From Chthonomonadales bacterium (lineage in GTDB: Bacteria > Armatimonadota > Chthonomonadetes > Chthonomonadales > Chthonomonadaceae): DNA of 11,154 nucleotides. Made by a program: the position numbers and the translations under genes. Position 1 is the stretch's first letter. Every line of letters starts with the position of its first letter. A model generated the notes under the pieces. It had not been told where the DNA came from. It ran no database searches and saw only the letters and a list, made by a program, of their open reading frames with translations. The stretch lies in contig JBBQPO010000207.1 in assembly GCA_038217285.1 (NCBI GenBank), forward strand, positions 1 through 11,154, read 5' to 3'. Positions 6,827 through 11,154 of the stretch are shown here, piece after piece.

Positions 6827-7501
6827 TCATTTCGTCGGGCCGCGTGAAGTGAATGGGTCGCCGCGCAGGGTAAACCGCCACAGGTAGTCCTGGGCCTGCG
6901 AGATGCCTATTCGGGGCGTTGCCAGAATCGCCGACGGATCCGTCGGTTCTTGCGGTGGGCTGATCCAGAGCCGCGAGCCGAGCGTCAGATCCACGCCGTT
7001 GAGGGTTCGATCCACTCCCAACGCCTGACAGAGCCGTCCCGGTCCGCCGCATAGCGCTTGCAGACTTCTCAGCCGTGCTCGTTCCGCCGCAGCCTCGTTA
7101 CCGGAAGGCGCCTCCGTTTGGGTTAGACCACGTCGGGTGCGCATCCGTTCCATGCCCGCCAGGGGCTCCAGCGCCCGAATCAAGACCGCCTCTCCTACCC
7201 CCTCCCCGTTGGTCACGGCGTTCAGGCAGCAGTGCGCTCCATAGATGTAGTAGACGTAAGCCTGTCCCGGCGGGCCGAACATGGGCGCGTTGCGGGTCCG
7301 TTGGCCGCCGTAGGAGTGGCTGGACGGATCGTCCTGCGTGTAGGCTTCCGTCTCGGTGATACGACCTGCCACGACGCCCTCCGGCAGCACATGCACCAGC
7401 ACACCGTTGAGCAGTTCGCGTGCTACGGTCACGGTATCCCGATCATAGAACGAACGCGGCAGAGGACTGCCGAACGCTTTTCGGGCTTCCGCCTCGGTCA
7501 T
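6827..7501 (-). CDS. mpg: DNA-3-methyladenine glycosylase (MPG/AAG family)
   Basis: GRITETEAY, MFGPPGQAYVYYIYGAHCCLN, AVLIRALEP, GPGRLCQALG, TPRIGIS and WRF motifs. Confidence 0.95.
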   Translation of the reverse strand: MTEAEARKAFGSPLPRSFYDRDTVTVARELLNGVLVHVLPEGVVAGRITETEAYTQDDPSSHSYGGQRTRNAPMFGPPGQAYVYYIYGAHCCLNAVTNGEGVGEAVLIRALEPLAGMERMRTRRGLTQTEAPSGNEAAAERARLRSLQALCGGPGRLCQALGVDRTLNGVDLTLGSRLWISPPQEPTDPSAILATPRIGISQAQDYLWRFTLRGDPFTSRGPTK

Positions 7502-7513
7502 GCCGCCGTCTCC

Positions 7514-8575
7514 TCAACGCGCAATGTAGTAGAAAGCCAGTCCGACGATCACATAGACCGCCAGCAGTTGCGCGCCTTCAAGCCAGTGGCTCTTGCCATC
7601 CATCGAGATCAACACGCCGATGGCGGCAGCGGAGCTAATGGCGATCAGCTCATAGTTGCTGAACAGGATGGTGACAGGATGCCCCAGGAAAGGACTGACG
7701 AAGATGATGAGCGGCGCTACGAACATCGCAATCTGCGTGCTCGACGAGATCGCGATGTTGAGCGAGATGTCCATCTTGTTCTTCGCCGCCATCATGACCG
7801 CCGTGCTGTGCTCCGCGGCGTTGCCGATGATCGGAAGCAGGATCACCCCCAGAAACAGCTTACCGATATGCCACTGCGACAGGACGGGCTCGATGTCGTG
7901 CACCAGCAGTTCGCTCTCGATGGCCACCAGGCCGGTGCAGCCCAGCAGCACCAGCAGCGCCTTGCTGCGTGACCAGACAGGCGGCTCGGCATGCTCCTCC
8001 TCTCCGCCGCGAAATAGGTTTTCATGGGTGCGGAGCGAGAAGATCAGGCTGCCGACATAGAGAACGACGAGAACACCCGCCACCCCCATGCTCAACGCCG
8101 TGATATTCGGATCGTGCGGCGTCTCGGTGATGCCCCTCACGCGTACAAAGAGCGCCGGGACGAGCAGCGCGATGACGGCGAGGGCCAGCATCGTGGCATG
8201 ACTCTGGGCGACATCCTTGTTGAAGAGCTGCATCTTGTGCTTCAGGCCACCGACCAGCACGGAGAGGCCCAGTACCAGAAGCACATTTCCGATGATCGAG
8301 CCGATCAGCGAGGCTTTCACGACCGCGATCTGACCGCTCTGCACGGCGACGATACAGATAATGAGTTCGGTGGCGTTCCCGAAGGTCGCGGTCAGCAGTC
8401 CCCCGATACCGGGGCCAAGACACTTCGCCAACTCTTCGGTCGCCGTCCCCATAAACCCTGCCAGCGGCACGATCGCCAGGGCGGATATCGCAAACACCCA
8501 TCCCGCCGACGCGTGCATAAAGTGAAGCGCAAGGCTGATCGGCACGAAGATCAGCATCGCCAGCATCCAACGCAT
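7514..8575 (-). CDS. cax: Ca2+/H+ antiporter (CaCA family)
   Basis: Alpha-1 repeat ATFGNATELI and GSIIGNVLLV; alpha-2 repeat IIGNAAEH and SSTQIAMFVAP; acidic loop GGEEEH. Confidence 0.95.
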   Translation of the reverse strand: MRWMLAMLIFVPISLALHFMHASAGWVFAISALAIVPLAGFMGTATEELAKCLGPGIGGLLTATFGNATELIICIVAVQSGQIAVVKASLIGSIIGNVLLVLGLSVLVGGLKHKMQLFNKDVAQSHATMLALAVIALLVPALFVRVRGITETPHDPNITALSMGVAGVLVVLYVGSLIFSLRTHENLFRGGEEEHAEPPVWSRSKALLVLLGCTGLVAIESELLVHDIEPVLSQWHIGKLFLGVILLPIIGNAAEHSTAVMMAAKNKMDISLNIAISSSTQIAMFVAPLIIFVSPFLGHPVTILFSNYELIAISSAAAIGVLISMDGKSHWLEGAQLLAVYVIVGLAFYYIAR

Positions 8576-8632
8576 AAAGTTTCTCGGTTCCTTCCCGACA
8601 ACAATCGACGGCTGTAATTAAGATAGCGTCCC

Positions 8633-8660
8633 ATTCTGCTCACAGACGGGGATTTCCTGC
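8633..8660 (-). promoter_or_regulatory. Putative sigma-H-like promoter for the cax-mpg-DUF92 unit
   Basis: Minus strand GCAGGA-N18-GAAT (GCAGGAAATCCCCGTCTGTGAGCAGAAT). Confidence 0.6.
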
Positions 8661-8668
8661 CGTGCTTT

Positions 8669-8696
8669 GCAGGAACAGAGGCCGCCGTCCACGAAA
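8669..8696 (+). promoter_or_regulatory. Putative sigma-H-like promoter for the mogA-larC fusion gene
   Basis: GCAGGA-N18-GAAA, back-to-back with the cax copy. Confidence 0.55.
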
Positions 8697-8738
8697 CAAC
8701 AGGCTGTGCCTCATCCCCTTTACGAGGAGCGAACAGAA

Positions 8739-9743
8739 ATGTCTCTGCGGGTCGGAGTGTTGACAGTCAGCGATGGCTGCGCGCGGGGCGAGCGCGAGGA
8801 TGTTTCCGGGCGCGTCCTCGCCGAGATAATGACGGCCAATCAGTATGTCATCGCGGCCCGGACGGTGGTGCCGGATGAGATCCCTCGTATTGCGGCGGTC
8901 TTGACGGAGTGGTGCGACAACGACTGTGACCTGATCCTGACGACCGGTGGAACGGGTTTCGCGCCCCGCGACATCACGCCCGAGGCCACGCGCACCGTCA
9001 TCGAGCGCGAAGCGCCCGGTCTTGCCGAGCTTTTGCGGTGGACCGGCTATCAGAAGCTCGACCGGGCAGTGCTGTCGCGCGGCGTGGCAGGTATCCGCAG
9101 CCGCACTCTGATCGTCAACCTTCCCGGCAGCACCGGCGGCGTCCGCGATGGCCTCGACGTCCTGCTGCCGCTCCTTCCGCACGCCCTCGCCGTGCTTCAG
9201 GACATCCCCGTCGATCACACGCCCCAGGTCCAACCCACGCAGGAGAAGCCAGGGGAAGAAGCTTCTGATACGGAACCCCGGACCGTCGAGGAGATCCGGC
9301 AGACCTCTCCACCGCAGACCGTGGTCGTGATGGAGACCAACCTGGACGACTTCTCCCCGGAGTTCTATGAGGTGCTTATGGAGCGGCTTTTCGCGCAGGG
9401 CGCGGTGGACGTCTTTCTCACGCCGATTCAGATGAAGAAGTCTCGCCCAGCGACGCTGCTGACCGTGCTGGCCCCTCCCGACCGAACGAAGGATCTGGCG
9501 CAGACACTTTTCGCGGAGTCCTCGACCTTCGGCATCCGTTACACAACCATGAATCGCCTCACTCTGGAACGTCGCTGGGAGACGGTCACGACGGAGTACG
9601 GCCCGATTCGCCTCAAGATCGGCCTGAGAAACGGCGTCGAAACCTCCGCCTCCCCCGAGTATGAAGAGGTGAAAGCCGCCGCCCGGCTGCACAATGTCCC
9701 CGTCAAAGCGGTCTATCTCGCGGCCCAGCGGGCTCGTTTGTGA
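8739..9743 (+). CDS. Fusion of a MogA/MoaB molybdopterin adenylyltransferase domain and a LarC C-terminal (LarC2) domain, 334 aa
   Basis: N-terminal motifs VGVLTVSD, VVPDE, LILTTGGTGFAPRDITPEAT, SRGVAG and IVNLPGS; P/T/Q/E-rich linker at about 9201-9320; C-terminal motifs METNLDD, GAVDVFLTPIQMKKSRP, ESSTFGIR, TEYGPIRLK and PEYEEVK. ATG at 8739 after GAGGAG. Confidence 0.92.
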   Translation: MSLRVGVLTVSDGCARGEREDVSGRVLAEIMTANQYVIAARTVVPDEIPRIAAVLTEWCDNDCDLILTTGGTGFAPRDITPEATRTVIEREAPGLAELLRWTGYQKLDRAVLSRGVAGIRSRTLIVNLPGSTGGVRDGLDVLLPLLPHALAVLQDIPVDHTPQVQPTQEKPGEEASDTEPRTVEEIRQTSPPQTVVVMETNLDDFSPEFYEVLMERLFAQGAVDVFLTPIQMKKSRPATLLTVLAPPDRTKDLAQTLFAESSTFGIRYTTMNRLTLERRWETVTTEYGPIRLKIGLRNGVETSASPEYEEVKAAARLHNVPVKAVYLAAQRARL

Positions 9744-9770
9744 TAAATAGTGCCGTAAGGTCGCCTTTGG

Positions 9771-9798
9771 GCAGGAATTGAGGCGGCGGACGGGGAAG
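9771..9798 (+). promoter_or_regulatory. Putative sigma-H-like promoter for the ROK-SRPBCC unit
   Basis: GCAGGA-N18-GAAG. Confidence 0.45.
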
Positions 9799-9874
9799 GA
9801 TTCGGGTACGGTGAGAGACCCTTGCCCCGACGAACAATCGAACGAGTAGCCGATACTCTTCTGGAGGAACCTGC

Positions 9875-10909
9875 GTGAGCCAGCCCCGTGTACAACCGAA
9901 TTCGAACGCCTCCCTGGTGGTGGGCGTTGACCTGGGCGGTACGAATGTACGTGCCGCCGTCCTGGATCGCCATGAGCAGTCGCTTGGCCGCCATGAGAAC
10001 ACCTCCGATGCCAAAGGCGGCTTGGAGCGCACCGTGGCCCGAATAGCAGAGGCCGTGCGCGGCGCGGCACAGGCCGCCGGTATCTCGGTGGAAAAGGTCG
10101 GGGCGGTCGGTATCGCCGTGCCGGGCCATATCGATGTGCCGGCAGGAAAGATCGTCTGGGCTCCGAACTTCGGGCATTTCGAAGACGGGCTCTACATTCC
10201 GTTCAAGAACATCTATCTGCGCGAAATGTTGGAGCACGAACTGAACCTTCCCGTCGTCATGGACAACGACGCCAATGTCGCCGCGCTCGGGGAGTTCCGA
10301 TTCGGCGCGGGGCGCGGAACGAAGCATCTCGTCATGTTCACGCTCGGCACCGGGATCGGCGGCGGCATCATCATCGAGGGCGAGGTGCTGCGGGGCGCGA
10401 CGGGCGGGGCGGCGGAGGTCGGGCATATCATCATCGCCGATGGCCTGGGCAGCAGCGCCAACGGAGCGCACGGCCGCCTCGAATCGCTGGCAGGCCGAGA
10501 TCCGATCATCGAGCGCTGTACGCTGAAAATGGAGTCTGGTCGGGACACCCTGCTCTGGCGGCATGTGGAGAACACCGACGCCCTGCAGCAGCTCATCACC
10601 CCGAAACTGATCGACGACGCCGCAGAAGAAGGCGATCCGCTCGCCATCGAGGTCATGCAGGAGATCGGCCACTTCGTCGGCCTCGGCATCACCAACATGG
10701 TCAATGTCTTCAATCCGGAAGTCGTCGTCCTTGGCGGCAAGATCTCCCGCTCCAAAATCCTGTTCTCCACGGCCGTCCGGACCGCAAAAGCCACGGCCAT
10801 CGGCTCGATCCTGGCCTCGGCGAAGATCGTCCATGCCGAACTCGGAGACGACGCCGGAATCATGGGCGCGGTAGAGCTCGCGTGGCGCGAAGTAGACCGC
10901 GCGAAATAG
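9875..10909 (+). CDS. ROK family sugar kinase (glucokinase-like, no HTH domain)
   Basis: VGVDLGGTN phosphate motif, GIAVPG, NDANVAALGE, TLGTGIGGG, AEVGH and ELGDDAGIMGA. GTG start with GGAGG RBS. Confidence 0.94.
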   Translation: MSQPRVQPNSNASLVVGVDLGGTNVRAAVLDRHEQSLGRHENTSDAKGGLERTVARIAEAVRGAAQAAGISVEKVGAVGIAVPGHIDVPAGKIVWAPNFGHFEDGLYIPFKNIYLREMLEHELNLPVVMDNDANVAALGEFRFGAGRGTKHLVMFTLGTGIGGGIIIEGEVLRGATGGAAEVGHIIIADGLGSSANGAHGRLESLAGRDPIIERCTLKMESGRDTLLWRHVENTDALQQLITPKLIDDAAEEGDPLAIEVMQEIGHFVGLGITNMVNVFNPEVVVLGGKISRSKILFSTAVRTAKATAIGSILASAKIVHAELGDDAGIMGAVELAWREVDRAK

Positions 10910-10928
10910 ATCGAAAGTAGGAACCCCG

Positions 10929-11154
10929 TTGCCAAAGATCGAGCAGAGCGTCGTCATCGACGCGCCGATGGAACACGTCTATAAGATCGCTCGCGATGTC
11001 GAGACGTTTCCTCAGTTCATGCACGACCTGCGTTCCCTGACGCTCGTCGAGCGCAGTCCCGACGGTTCCCGGACGGTGACGGAGTGGGTCGGCCTCATCC
11101 GTGAGTTCAAAATGACCATCAAATGGACGCAGGAAGACCAGTGGGACGAAGTCG
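10929..11154 (+). CDS. SRPBCC/START-fold (polyketide cyclase/Coq10-like) protein, partial
   Basis: Manual translation from TTG 10929: MPKIEQSVVIDAPMEHVYKIARDVETFPQFMHDLRSLTLVERSPDGSRTVTEWVG..., the typical N-terminal pattern of this family. Runs off the window end. Confidence 0.85.
   Translation, partial: MPKIEQSVVIDAPMEHVYKIARDVETFPQFMHDLRSLTLVERSPDGSRTVTEWVGLIREFKMTIKWTQEDQWDEV

Noticed and set aside
8667-8738. N-terminal extensions of the ORF-track calls for mogA-larC2 (also hyi 2151-2240 and AKR 5881-5937)
   Set aside because: Downstream ATGs have strong RBSs and coincide with the domain starts.
9831-9844. CGAAC-N3-CGAAC as a LexA box
   Set aside because: It is a direct repeat, not the GAAC-N4-GTTC palindrome, and is too short to support.
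1-11154. CRISPR array, tRNA/rRNA, transposase or integrase
   Set aside because: No regularly spaced repeats, RNA gene signatures or recombinase motifs were seen.

Overview
Bacterial chromosomal window, mostly GC-rich housekeeping and metabolic genes; the gene style suggests Armatimonadota, but that is inference only. Left to right it holds: a lower-GC SAM-methyltransferase-fold gene running off the left edge (-, missing from the ORF track), a truncated class III nucleotide cyclase remnant (-), a hydroxypyruvate-isomerase-family gene (-), divergent rpoN/sigma-54 (+), a candidate 37-aa ORF, an orphan helical protein with a degraded-looking 5' region (-), an aldo/keto reductase, a DUF92 membrane protein, 3-methyladenine DNA glycosylase and a Ca2+/H+ antiporter (all -), then a MogA/MoaB-LarC C-terminal domain fusion, a ROK-family kinase and a partial SRPBCC gene (all +). 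Main highlights: (1) the MogA-LarC2 fusion joining molybdopterin adenylation to the CTP-binding module of the nickel-pincer insertase; (2) a GCAGG(A/G)-N17/18-GAA sigma-H-like motif correctly oriented upstream of five genes, while rpoN has a consensus sigma-70 promoter; (3) a 4-Cys insert in sigma-54 and a downstream small ORF whose SD is locked in a hairpin abutting the rpoN stop; (4) a rearrangement junction near 1001-1005.
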